Positions 55,751 through 63,490 of a stretch of 64,000 bases of DNA are shown in pieces. Numbering within the stretch: position 1 is the first letter of the stretch; each line of letters starts with the position of its first letter. A program made the translations under genes and the position numbers. The notes beneath the pieces are model-generated. The model did no database searches. It saw only the letters and a program-made list of their open reading frames with translations, and was not told where the DNA came from. This stretch comes from Escherichia phage vB_EcoM_Schickermooser. The stretch is from sequence record NC_048196.1. One strand, given 5' to 3'.

Positions 55751-55940
55751 GTGGTAACAGGGTCGTTGACTTTTGTTAAGAGGGGCTTGCACTGCGGTAG
55801 TGTTAGAGACTACTTCTTCAGAGGTTAGCTACCAAAGAGGAAAAGGAATAGTCTCGGCTCAAGAACTTTTACGCTGAAAGTTGGGCTTGGTCTTAGAGAA
55901 TGTAGCGGTTCTCTACAATCGTCAGCGTCTCTGTTACCAC
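55751..55940 (+). ncRNA. candidate structured RNA flanked by 10-bp inverted repeat
   Basis: GTGGTAACAG at 55751 pairs with CTGTTACCAC at 55931; internal stems GAGACTA/TAGTCTC and TGTAG/CTACA; no ORF. Confidence 0.3.
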
Positions 55941-55946
55941 ATTTAT

Positions 55947-56021
55947 GGCCCTGTAGCTCAATGGGAGAGCTGTCGGCTCATAACCGATAGGTAGCTGGAT
56001 CGAAACCAGCCAGGGCCACCA
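55947..56021 (+). tRNA. tRNA-Met (anticodon CAT; could be Ile2/lysidine type)
   Basis: manual cloverleaf: acceptor GGCCCTG/CAGGGCC, anticodon loop CTCATAA, encoded CCA. Confidence 0.6.
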
Positions 56022-56023
56022 AA

Positions 56024-56098
56024 GTCTTTATGGTGTAATGGATAGCACAGGAGTCTTCTAAACTCTTAGTCAAGGTTCGATTCCTTGTAAAGACACCA
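56024..56098 (+). tRNA. tRNA-Arg (anticodon TCT)
   Basis: acceptor GTCTTTA/TAAAGAC, anticodon loop CTTCTAA, T-loop TTCGATT, CCA. Confidence 0.6.
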
Positions 56099-56100
56099 GA

Positions 56101-56286
56101 ACATTTTAACATGAATTAGCTCAAGTGATTTGAACCCACTACTGATCATGGTGGCAGAGAATGAGGCAAGTATGTCAGACATTATAAACAAAGGCCACGG
56201 TTATATTAGAAGACATAAATGCTCGAAGAGCACCGTTCGTGGAGAACGGGGGTTGGTGGAGTCACCATTCATGGTAAAATGTTTTA
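56101..56286 (+). ncRNA. candidate structured RNA flanked by 17-bp near-perfect inverted repeat
   Basis: AACATTTTAACATGAAT at 56101 pairs with ATTCATGGTAAAATGTT at 56270 (one mismatch). Confidence 0.3.
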
Positions 56287-56294
56287 AAAAACTA

Positions 56295-56324
56295 TTGACA
56301 ACAAGTATTATTTTATGTTAGATT
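56295..56324 (+). promoter_or_regulatory. sigma70-like promoter candidate (TTGACA-N18-TAGATT)
   Basis: TTGACA 56295-56300; immediately upstream of tRNA-Ser. Confidence 0.45.
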
Positions 56325-56332
56325 ATAAGTAT

Positions 56333-56423
56333 GGAAGGGCAAATCGACGTGGCGACGAAAACGGTCTTGAAAACCGCCGAGCTTTAAAGAGCCTTGGGAG
56401 TTCGACTCTCCCTCCTTCCGCCA
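56333..56423 (+). tRNA. tRNA-Ser (anticodon TGA), type II
   Basis: acceptor GGAAGGG/TCCTTCC, loop CTTGAAA, long variable arm, CCA. Confidence 0.55.
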
Positions 56424-56428
56424 GGTTA

Positions 56429-56514
56429 GGTAGATTGGTGAAATGGTAGCCACGACAGTTTGCTAAACTGTAGTCGGAAACGGCGTGTAGGTTCGAGTCC
56501 TACATCTACCGCCA
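56429..56514 (+). tRNA. tRNA-Ser (anticodon GCT), type II
   Basis: acceptor GGTAGAT/ATCTACC, loop TTGCTAA, long variable arm, CCA. Confidence 0.6.
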
Positions 56515-56516
56515 AG

Positions 56517-56625
56517 TTCTTTTTAATGTAGCTTACTTTAATAGAGTAAACTTTCGGCAAATGGCCCCCACCATCTTACCGATAACTCATAGTTAGTGGT
56601 GCGAACACTGGCTATTTTAAAAAGA
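56517..56625 (+). ncRNA. candidate structured element between tRNAs
   Basis: TTCTTTTTAA at 56517 versus TTAAAAAGAA at 56616 inverted repeat; internal hairpins. Confidence 0.2.
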
Positions 56626-56643
56626 ATTTAAATACTAGCATTT

Positions 56644-56731
56644 AGGTGAGTTAATTCCGTAGGGGTAGCGGGGCAGACTGTAAATCTGTTATCATTGCGA
56701 TTCGGGTGGTTCGACTCCATCACTCACCACC
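56644..56731 (+). tRNA. tRNA-Tyr (anticodon GTA), type II
   Basis: acceptor GGTGAGT/ACTCACC, loop CTGTAAA, long variable arm, CCA. Confidence 0.55.
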
Positions 56732-56737
56732 AAATTA

Positions 56738-56823
56738 AGATGAGTTGGCTGAATGGTTTAAGCGGCGGACTGTTAATCCGTGTTCGAAAGAACGATATAG
56801 GTTCAAATCCTATACTCATCGCC
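56738..56823 (+). tRNA. type II tRNA with apparent anticodon GTT (Asn anticodon on long-variable-arm body)
   Basis: acceptor GATGAGT/ACTCATC, anticodon stem GCGGA/TCCGT, loop CTGTTAA, variable hairpin GTTC-GAAA-GAAC, CCA. Confidence 0.45.
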
Positions 56824-56830
56824 AGAATTA

Positions 56831-56908
56831 TGGACTTGTAGAGTTAAGGTAAACCCCCCAGTCGCCAAGAGGCTTCTGGAATTGCAGGTATCGAATCCTG
56901 CCGAGTCC
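56831..56908 (+). tRNA. tRNA-like element, atypical (anticodon not assignable)
   Basis: 7-bp acceptor pairing GGACTTG/CGAGTCC and T-arm GCAGG/CCTGC with 8-nt loop; no canonical anticodon arm. Confidence 0.3.
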
Positions 56909-56914
56909 CAGCTT

Positions 56915-56989
56915 TGCTCCTATAGTATAATGGCTATTACAACGGTTTTGTAATCCGTGGATCTCTGTTCGATTCAGAGTGGGAGCACC
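56915..56989 (+). tRNA. tRNA-Thr (anticodon TGT)
   Basis: acceptor GCTCCTA/TGGGAGC, loop TTTGTAA, T-arm CTCTG-TTCGATT-CAGAG, CCA. Confidence 0.55.
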
Positions 56990-57263
56990 AACACAACATT
57001 AAGGGCACTGTGATTGATCGTCGTATCCTGTGCACAAGGTCTGTTCGAAAGACAGTGTTCTTAGTATTGTGTTGATCACAAAAAGAGTTACCTGAAACTT
57101 GACCGGAGTAGGGTTGGATGGGGCAAAAGAAGAAGCGGCTCTCCCATCGACAGCAACGAAGAATAATATTTGACTTTGGTTTTGTATTATTTTAAGTTAG
57201 CTTACCGAACGTAGGGCTAGTCACCCAATGGGATACTCGTCACTGTCCCACTCAATAAAACTA

Positions 57264-57293
57264 TTGACAACCAATAGTAAAATGTAGTATAGT
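57264..57293 (+). promoter_or_regulatory. sigma70-like promoter candidate (TTGACA-N18-TATAGT)
   Basis: TTGACA 57264-57269, TATAGT 57288-57293; upstream of tRNA-Gly. Confidence 0.5.
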
Positions 57294-57304
57294 AAAGATG
57301 TAGG

Positions 57305-57378
57305 GCGTTCTTGGTGTAGCGGTAGCATTCCGTCCTTCCAAGTCGGCGGCACGAGTTCGATCCTCGTAGAACGCTCCA
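57305..57378 (+). tRNA. tRNA-Gly (anticodon TCC)
   Basis: acceptor GCGTTCT/AGAACGC, loop CTTCCAA, T-arm ACGAG-TTCGATC-CTCGT, CCA. Confidence 0.55.
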
Positions 57379-57476
57379 AATTATTTAATAAAGGGTTGCC
57401 AGAAAACTTTCTCTTTTACTCATGGTTTTCTCCTTCTCTCACACCTCTTCTGGTTGCCCTTCATTAAATGATTTAT

Positions 57477-57552
57477 TGGTTTGTAGTGTAGTCAGGTAGC
57501 ACACGACACTTTGACTGTCGTAGGTTTGGTTCAAATCCAGACAGACCAGCCA
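57477..57552 (+). tRNA. tRNA-Gln (anticodon TTG)
   Basis: U1-A72 acceptor TGGTTTG/CAGACCA, anticodon stem CGACA/TGTCG, loop CTTTGAC, CCA. Confidence 0.55.
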
Positions 57553-57557
57553 TATAA

Positions 57558-57634
57558 CGGAATTTAGCTCAGTTTGGTAGAGCATACGCTTTGGGAGCGT
57601 AGGGTCGCAGGTTCGAATCCTGCAATTCCGACCA
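57558..57634 (+). tRNA. tRNA-Pro (anticodon TGG)
   Basis: acceptor CGGAATT/AATTCCG, loop TTTGGGA, T-arm GCAGG-TTCGAAT-CCTGC, CCA. Confidence 0.65.
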
Positions 57635-57640
57635 ATTTAA

Positions 57641-57714
57641 TGTTTCGTAGTTCAATGGTAGAACCCACGACTGATAATCGTGAGACACAAGTTCGATTCT
57701 TGTCGAAACAACCA
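57641..57714 (+). tRNA. tRNA-Ile (anticodon GAT)
   Basis: acceptor TGTTTCG/CGAAACA, anticodon stem CACGA/TCGTG, loop CTGATAA, CCA. Confidence 0.55.
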
Positions 57715-57717
57715 ATT

Positions 57718-57786
57718 TCCCGTTAGACTTACAGGATAAGAGTTCCACAGCTTATTGTGATGCTGGTTCGAATCCAGCACGGGATA
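57718..57786 (+). tRNA. tRNA-like element with non-canonical anticodon arm
   Basis: T-arm GCTGG-TTCGAAT-CCAGC and 6/7 acceptor pairing; best anticodon stem CACA/TGTG encloses a 6-nt loop; no CCA. Confidence 0.3.
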
Positions 57787-57792
57787 CATAAT

Positions 57793-57871
57793 AGCGGGAT
57801 AGAGGAGTCTGGTCGTCCTCGCCAGTTTCATATGCTGGAGATCATCGGTTCAAATCCGATTCCCGCCTCCA
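57793..57871 (+). tRNA. tRNA-Met (anticodon CAT), 1-72 mismatch (initiator-like?)
   Basis: acceptor AGCGGGA/TCCCGCC with A1-C72 mismatch, anticodon stem CCAGT/GCTGG, loop TTCATAT, T-loop TTCAAAT, CCA. Confidence 0.5.
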
Positions 57872-57984
57872 AATATCGCTTGCCAGCGGTATCTTTGAAG
57901 ACCTTGCCTGGTTCCTTCTAAGATGGAGGGGTGCGACTCCTTAACGCACAACATACTACTACTAAATACTTATCAGGAGATATC

Positions 57985-58254
57985 ATGTATACTTTAAAAG
58001 TAATTCGCAAGTTTCCTCAAGAAGAGGAAGTAAGAATTTATAACACTGTACCATTCGTAGTAAATGAAGAAGAATTCTTTTATTGCTTAGAAGATGAAGT
58101 AATTATTCAATATCATTGGGAAGGTTACGACAGACAAGATGGTGTTGTAGCTTCTGTGCTTGCTGGTGATAGAGTGTTATTCATTCACAAAACTGAATCA
58201 GCATATCTAATGAATGATAAAGGACAAACTGTTAAAGTAATTAACAGACCATAA
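57985..58254 (+). CDS. hypothetical protein
   Basis: ATG 57985 after AGGAGA; listed upstream extension runs into the tRNA region. Confidence 0.5.
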   Translation: MYTLKVIRKFPQEEEVRIYNTVPFVVNEEEFFYCLEDEVIIQYHWEGYDRQDGVVASVLAGDRVLFIHKTESAYLMNDKGQTVKVINRP

Positions 58255-58264
58255 AGAATTTTAT

Positions 58265-58292
58265 AAAAGCCTCCTTATTGGAGGCTTTTTGC
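58265..58292 (+). terminator. intrinsic terminator
   Basis: AAAGCCTCC-TTATT-GGAGGCTTT hairpin followed by T-run. Confidence 0.55.
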
Positions 58293-58309
58293 TATCTATT
58301 GAATAAAAC

Positions 58310-58338
58310 TTGACTTATTATTTTTTATATGTTAAGAT
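58310..58338 (+). promoter_or_regulatory. sigma70-like promoter candidate (TTGACT-N17-TAAGAT)
   Basis: TTGACT 58310-58315, TAAGAT 58333-58338. Confidence 0.45.
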
Positions 58339-58359
58339 AAGGTTTAGGAGGATTTTATT

Positions 58360-58656
58360 ATGCCTAAACTAAAACGTGGTCGTGGAAGACCAACAGCCGA
58401 AATGCAACAGATTTACGCAATGGATGCGGCGCAAGCAAGTGTAAAAGAATTATTTGCAGAGCATTATTTAGAAGCTATGCGATATATTGTTGAACTTGTT
58501 AATGATAAGGATGCAGCAAAACCTCTCCGCTTCCAAGCAGCTAAAGCTATTAAAGAGCAAGTAGAAGAATGGTTAGAAGAACATTATGAAGCTATGGAAG
58601 AAGAAACCCCTGCCGTGCAGAATACAGATGACGTTCCTAAAAAGATCGTAATCTAA
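58360..58656 (+). CDS. hypothetical protein
   Basis: TTTAGGAGG SD upstream. Confidence 0.55.
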   Translation: MPKLKRGRGRPTAEMQQIYAMDAAQASVKELFAEHYLEAMRYIVELVNDKDAAKPLRFQAAKAIKEQVEEWLEEHYEAMEEETPAVQNTDDVPKKIVI

Positions 58657-58705
58657 TCCCTCTCCTCTCTTGGGGCTTTGCCCCTCCTCCTTGTTATTTT
58701 TAACA

Positions 58706-58740
58706 CCCCTCTCCGAAAGGTTAGGGGCTTTTTTATTTTT
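58706..58740 (+). terminator. terminator candidate
   Basis: CCCCT ... AGGGG stem followed by TTTTTTATTTTT; a second small hairpin GGGGC-TTT-GCCCC lies at 58672-58684. Confidence 0.45.
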
Positions 58741-58796
58741 AATGCTTGCAATTGTATATCATTTTGTGATAAGATCAGATATGAGGAGGATAAAAT

Positions 58797-58967
58797 ATGC
58801 GCAATTTTGTAGTTAAAAATGACTTTAACCGCTCTTCTTATCATAAAGATAAAAAGAATGATTACACACGTGTTTGGAATTTGGAGGAAGAACTCTATGA
58901 CGATAGAGAAGACGTGGGAAGAGATCCTAGCGGAATCTCAACCAATGGAAGTGAAGAAGATAGTTAA
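58797..58967 (+). CDS. small hypothetical protein (56 aa)
   Basis: GAGGAGGATAAAAT then ATG; overlaps alternative ORF 58897-59034 in another frame. Confidence 0.4.
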   Translation: MRNFVVKNDFNRSSYHKDKKNDYTRVWNLEEELYDDREDVGRDPSGISTNGSEEDS

Positions 58968-59017
58968 TAATGCCCCTTCTCTTCCTAAAATAAAATTTTA
59001 TGAGGAAGCAGAAGATA

Positions 59018-59410
59018 ATGAATCTAAAGACTAAAACTGTATTAGGTTTTGTTTTAATTGTCGTTCTTATTCTTGCTGGAATGTTTGCTTATAACAAGAT
59101 ACATGAGTCTGGCTACAAAGATGGTGTTGTCTATCAAACGCAATTGTATCAAGCAGCCCAAGCAAAAGCAAAACAAGATTTTGATGTTCTTCAAAAAAGA
59201 GCAGATGAAGAAAGAGCATTATTAAATACTCAAATAAACAACTTGTCTAAAAACAATGCACAATTAAAAGCAGATTTAGAGAAGAAGAAACAAACGATCA
59301 ATGAGGATACAACGAATTATGCAAAAACTAATTCTGGCAGTATGTCTTGCTTTGCCCCTAATGATGACGGGTTGTTCATCATCAACAAAAGCTTCCCCAG
59401 TTCTTATTGA
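59018..59410 (+). CDS. membrane-anchored coiled-coil protein (possible i-spanin-like)
   Basis: ATG 59018 after GAGGAAG; N-terminal TM LGFVLIVVLILAGMFAY then coiled-coil-like region. Confidence 0.45.
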   Translation: MNLKTKTVLGFVLIVVLILAGMFAYNKIHESGYKDGVVYQTQLYQAAQAKAKQDFDVLQKRADEERALLNTQINNLSKNNAQLKADLEKKKQTINEDTTNYAKTNSGSMSCFAPNDDGLFIINKSFPSSY

Positions 59411-59645
59411 TGAGTGTAAGGCCGTAGCAATAGAAAAGGTTAAAGGTCCAGATTCGGACTTGATGGATAAAGTATCGACACCTGTGCCATACACTAAAAA
59501 TCAAATTGCAAAAGGGGTTAGTAGATCTGAAGTTGTCAACAACCAAACTCAAAACAATGCTCTTTGGGAGCAAGATAGACGAAAGGTTTTAGGTTTACAA
59601 GCATATATTAAAACACTGCAAGAAAAAGGTATTATTGCTGAATAA
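59319..59645 (+). CDS. lipoprotein (possible o-spanin or superinfection-exclusion lipoprotein)
   Basis: signal peptide with lipobox LMMTGC; starts inside the preceding ORF in another frame. Confidence 0.45.
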   Translation: MQKLILAVCLALPLMMTGCSSSTKASPVLIDECKAVAIEKVKGPDSDLMDKVSTPVPYTKNQIAKGVSRSEVVNNQTQNNALWEQDRRKVLGLQAYIKTLQEKGIIAE

Positions 59646-59654
59646 GGAGGGAAT

Positions 59655-61730
59655 GTGGCAAAGAAAAAGGCAGCAGGTAGTTTAGCTGGAGTAGATATTG
59701 AAGTAAAGGCTCAACCAGGTAAACAGACTCTTGCAATGGATTTAATGCCAGAAGTTATGATTTATGGTGGTGCCGCTGGATGTGTTTCTGCTGAAACGGA
59801 ATATCTTACAAAAGACGGTTGGAGACAGATTAGTAAATATTCGGGAGAAGATATTTACCAATACAACCCTAAGAATAAGCGTTTAGAATTGGTAACACCT
59901 TACTTTGTAGAATACGATTTAAATGGAGATAATCTATACAGAATAACAAATGGTGTAGGATTGTTCCAAGAACTTAGTATGGAACACCGTTTTGTATTCT
60001 ATAAGAAAAAGAAATCAAAGAAACATTTCGAGATTCTTGTAGGAGATCTTATTGCATTACAGCAAATAGGAAAACCCCTGCAAGGTTATGTAGAAAATCC
60101 ATTCGGTAAACGTGTTCCTTTTAACATACCTGGTAAAAAGAGCACTTACTTAAAAATACACGAGGTTATTTCAACAGATGATAAGAAATATTGTTTTGAG
60201 ACTCCAAGCAGCTATATTGTCTTTAGACGTGGCGATCACTGCTTCGTTACTGGGAATAGCGGCAAGTCTCGTCTGCTATTGCTGAAAGCTTTAAAATACG
60301 CCTACAAAGATCCTTTGTTTGGTGGAATACTTTTCCGTAAGAACACCACTGCTCACCGTAAACCAGGTGGTCTGTTTACAGAAGCAAAACGTTTGTATCT
60401 TCCTTTACAACCGCACGTAAAAGAAAGTACAATGGATATCATTTTTGAAGCCACTGGTGGTGGAACCCTCAAATTTGACCATTTGGAAAATGACAACGTA
60501 ACAGCAGAAACAAACCATCAGGGTACACAGTATTCAATGGTAGGTTTTGACGAGTTAACCCACTTCACGCAATATGAAATGCTCTATCTTCTGGGACGTA
60601 TGCGTTCAGAATCAGAAACAAGCTTCATGTTGTGCACATGTAACCCCGATGCAGATAGTTGGGTTTTGAATTGGGTATTACCTTATCTCGATGAGGGCGG
60701 TTATCCTAGAGAAGATATGTGTGGTAAACAAAAATATTTCATCATTGTTAACGATGAACCTGTTTTTGCTGACACACCTGAAGAACTGAAAGAAAAATAT
60801 CCAGAAAACTGTTTCATGGAAAACCCTAATACAGGGGAGACAGTTGTTATTGAACCACAAACTTTCGTATTTATCGGTGGGACAATATTTGATAACCCAG
60901 AATTGATTAGGCTTAACCCTAATTATTTAGCACAGCTTAAATCACAAACAGCAATCAAAAGAGCACAACTCTTGGACGGCTGTTGGTTTGCACGTATACA
61001 GAAAGAGTCTTTCTTCCAACGTGAATGGTTGCATAAGATATCTTATAAAGATGTTCCTAATAATCTTAAACTAATGCGAGCATGGGATAAAGCTGTTTCA
61101 GTTCCTACAGAAACTTATCGTTATCCAGACTATACAACATCTGTCAAAATGGGTAAAGACCAAGATGGTAATATCTACATCTTTGGTGACTATGATTATG
61201 ATGCTGTGGATGAGAAAAGTAAAATTTTCGGAAGGTTTCGAAGATTACCTGGGGAAAGGGATAACCTGATTCTAAATCAATGTAAGATTGATGGACCAGA
61301 AGTTACAGTAGTTCTTCCTAAAGACCCATCTGGTGCTGGGACAATAGAATATACAGAGTCTGCAAAGAAACTTATTCTAGAGGGTTTTGTTGTTAAACCA
61401 GATGCTATGCCAGGCAACAAGAAAAAGCTTCAGCGTTTTATGCCTTTTAGTAGTGCGTGTCAAAACGGTTTTGTTTATATTGTTGAAGATTCTTTCCCTA
61501 ATGTGGAAACTTTAACCCACTTTTATAAAGAATTGGAATCTTTCAATGGTGAAAGATCTACAGCCACTATTAAAGATGACATTCCCGATGCTGCTGCTTC
61601 TTGTTTCAATACTCTGTCAAAAGAGAATACTTTCAAAGCAGTAGCTATCCCTGCAACAACAAATGCTCCTACAGGATACAGTAGAATGAACAGCGGATTT
61701 CACCAACCGTATAGTGTCCGTAAAAGATAA
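59655..61730 (+). CDS. terL: terminase large subunit, interrupted by a mini-intein in the Walker A motif
   Basis: GTG start after AGGAGGG; P-loop GGAAG | intein | SGKS; nuclease-like C-terminal half; 691 aa (about 532 aa without the insert). Confidence 0.75.
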   Translation: MAKKKAAGSLAGVDIEVKAQPGKQTLAMDLMPEVMIYGGAAGCVSAETEYLTKDGWRQISKYSGEDIYQYNPKNKRLELVTPYFVEYDLNGDNLYRITNGVGLFQELSMEHRFVFYKKKKSKKHFEILVGDLIALQQIGKPLQGYVENPFGKRVPFNIPGKKSTYLKIHEVISTDDKKYCFETPSSYIVFRRGDHCFVTGNSGKSRLLLLKALKYAYKDPLFGGILFRKNTTAHRKPGGLFTEAKRLYLPLQPHVKESTMDIIFEATGGGTLKFDHLENDNVTAETNHQGTQYSMVGFDELTHFTQYEMLYLLGRMRSESETSFMLCTCNPDADSWVLNWVLPYLDEGGYPREDMCGKQKYFIIVNDEPVFADTPEELKEKYPENCFMENPNTGETVVIEPQTFVFIGGTIFDNPELIRLNPNYLAQLKSQTAIKRAQLLDGCWFARIQKESFFQREWLHKISYKDVPNNLKLMRAWDKAVSVPTETYRYPDYTTSVKMGKDQDGNIYIFGDYDYDAVDEKSKIFGRFRRLPGERDNLILNQCKIDGPEVTVVLPKDPSGAGTIEYTESAKKLILEGFVVKPDAMPGNKKKLQRFMPFSSACQNGFVYIVEDSFPNVETLTHFYKELESFNGERSTATIKDDIPDAAASCFNTLSKENTFKAVAIPATTNAPTGYSRMNSGFHQPYSVRKR
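59781..60257 (+). mobile_element. mini-intein (159 aa, no homing-endonuclease domain) in terL
   Basis: begins with Cys (CVSAETEYLTKDGW) right after GGAAG, ends ...HCFVTGN followed by Ser; excision restores GGAAGSGKS. Confidence 0.65.
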
Positions 61731-61733
61731 TTG

Positions 61734-61762
61734 TTGACAAAAGTCACTTTAAAGTGTATTAT
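61734..61762 (+). promoter_or_regulatory. sigma70-like promoter candidate (TTGACA-N17-TATTAT)
   Basis: TTGACA 61734-61739, TATTAT 61757-61762; upstream of putative portal gene. Confidence 0.5.
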
Positions 61763-61831
61763 AACTAGATAGGTGAGGTTGTATATAATACAGCCTTGCC
61801 TTAACGATTTTATACCTGACTGGAGGAACAA

Positions 61832-63397
61832 GTGTCAACAGGAAAAAGAACGTACACTAAAAAGTCAGAATACTGGGACAAAGGTGCTGCAAATAAAGCT
61901 GCTCTCTCTCCAACAAAAGAGGCAGAGAAAGAGAAAACGTTACTCCTGTCACCTGAAATAGGAACGATCGGATTAAACTCAATCAAAGCATTTACGAATT
62001 TCATGCAACCTTATGAGACTCGTTTCCCAGAATGTATTCGCACTTTTAAAGAGATGGGTGAAGACCCTGATGTAGCTACTGCTCTTGACGCTACATATAT
62101 CTTTGTAGATAGAGCATTCTTTGATTTCAAGATAAAATACAATGTAAACTCGGCAAAGTCAAGAAAAGCTGCTAAGTTTATTGATTACATGTTACGCAAT
62201 ATGCAAGCCCCTCTACGTCAATATGTTAGATCACTTTTGACATATAAGCAATACGGGTTTGCATTCGCAGAAAAAGTTTATGAGTTGGATGAAGATCCTA
62301 AGAGTCCTTACTTTGGGTATTGGCGATTGACCAAACTGGCTTTTAGACCACAAGACACTCTTCACATGGCTCAACCTTTTACATATTCGGCAGACGGACG
62401 TTCTATTCTATCTGTTAACCAGAATATCACCAATACGATGTTAGCTCCAGGTAATACAACTTTAGAAACTGGTATTAAAGAAATTCCTTTCAGTAAAGTT
62501 TTATTTGTTGGTAGTAACATTACAGAGAATAACCCACTAGGAGTTAGTCCGCTTTTAGCTGTATATCGTAGCTGGCGTGAAAAATCTCTTATTCAGGAAT
62601 TTGAGGTTATTGGGGTATCTAAAGATTTAGGCGGTATGCCAGTTCTTAAGGTTCCAAGTGACATTCTAAACAGGGCATCTTTAGATCCTGCTGGGGATGA
62701 AGCACAATCTCTTCGAGTTCTCCAAGCCAATATCGCTAACCTGCACTCTGGTGAGCAAGCCTATATGGTATTGCCTTCAGACGTTTATGAAGGCACAGTG
62801 ATGCGTCAATACGATCTTGTATTCCAAGGTGTTGATGGCACGGGTAAACAGTTTGACACTCAAGCACTAATCAAACAACGCAAACTGGATATTTATAACC
62901 GCTTTGGTGCGGGTGTGTTGATTATGGGTGATGGTGATGCAGGAAGTTTTGCGCTTTCTGACAACAAACAAACACTATTGTCTCATTTTATTGAGCGAGA
63001 TGTAGATATTGTTGTAGAAGCTATAAACTCTCAACTGATCCCTCAAACACTACGACTAAACAATATCTTCCTTTCTGATGAAGATATGCCTAAGTTTGTC
63101 AGTGGTGAAATGGGTGATCCTGATATTGAAGTAAATGCTAAAGCTATTCAGCAGTTGGTAGCCTCTGGTGCAATACCTTTAACCCCAGAAGTTATTAACG
63201 AGTTCCTTGAAAAAATTGGTTTTGAATATCGTATCCCTGACGATATTGTTGCCAATAAAGAGAAATTCTTTGAATTCATGGATAACTATATGCCTGACAA
63301 AACTTCACGATCAGGAGATGGTTTAGCTACAGCGGGAACTGGAACGTCTGATACTGTTTCTGCTTTAGATCCTTCGGCACAAAACCTGTCGAATTAA
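61832..63397 (+). CDS. putative portal protein
   Basis: 521-aa ORF directly downstream of terL; GTG start after TGGAGGAACAA; assignment from position and size only. Confidence 0.5.
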   Translation: MSTGKRTYTKKSEYWDKGAANKAALSPTKEAEKEKTLLLSPEIGTIGLNSIKAFTNFMQPYETRFPECIRTFKEMGEDPDVATALDATYIFVDRAFFDFKIKYNVNSAKSRKAAKFIDYMLRNMQAPLRQYVRSLLTYKQYGFAFAEKVYELDEDPKSPYFGYWRLTKLAFRPQDTLHMAQPFTYSADGRSILSVNQNITNTMLAPGNTTLETGIKEIPFSKVLFVGSNITENNPLGVSPLLAVYRSWREKSLIQEFEVIGVSKDLGGMPVLKVPSDILNRASLDPAGDEAQSLRVLQANIANLHSGEQAYMVLPSDVYEGTVMRQYDLVFQGVDGTGKQFDTQALIKQRKLDIYNRFGAGVLIMGDGDAGSFALSDNKQTLLSHFIERDVDIVVEAINSQLIPQTLRLNNIFLSDEDMPKFVSGEMGDPDIEVNAKAIQQLVASGAIPLTPEVINEFLEKIGFEYRIPDDIVANKEKFFEFMDNYMPDKTSRSGDGLATAGTGTSDTVSALDPSAQNLSN

Positions 63398-63425
63398 AAA
63401 TATTTAATATTTTTTAATTTTTCTA

Positions 63426-63454
63426 TTGACAAAACAACAAATATCCTGTAGACT
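63426..63454 (+). promoter_or_regulatory. sigma70-like promoter candidate (TTGACA-N17-TAGACT)
   Basis: TTGACA 63426-63431. Confidence 0.4.
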
Positions 63455-63490
63455 AAGATTTATGGGATATCTGTTTTTAAGAGGTTTCAA

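Noticed and set aside
56130-56321. 63-aa ORF within the tRNA cluster
   Set aside because: No SD; overlaps the inverted-repeat-flanked structured element 56101-56286 and a promoter candidate. More likely non-coding.
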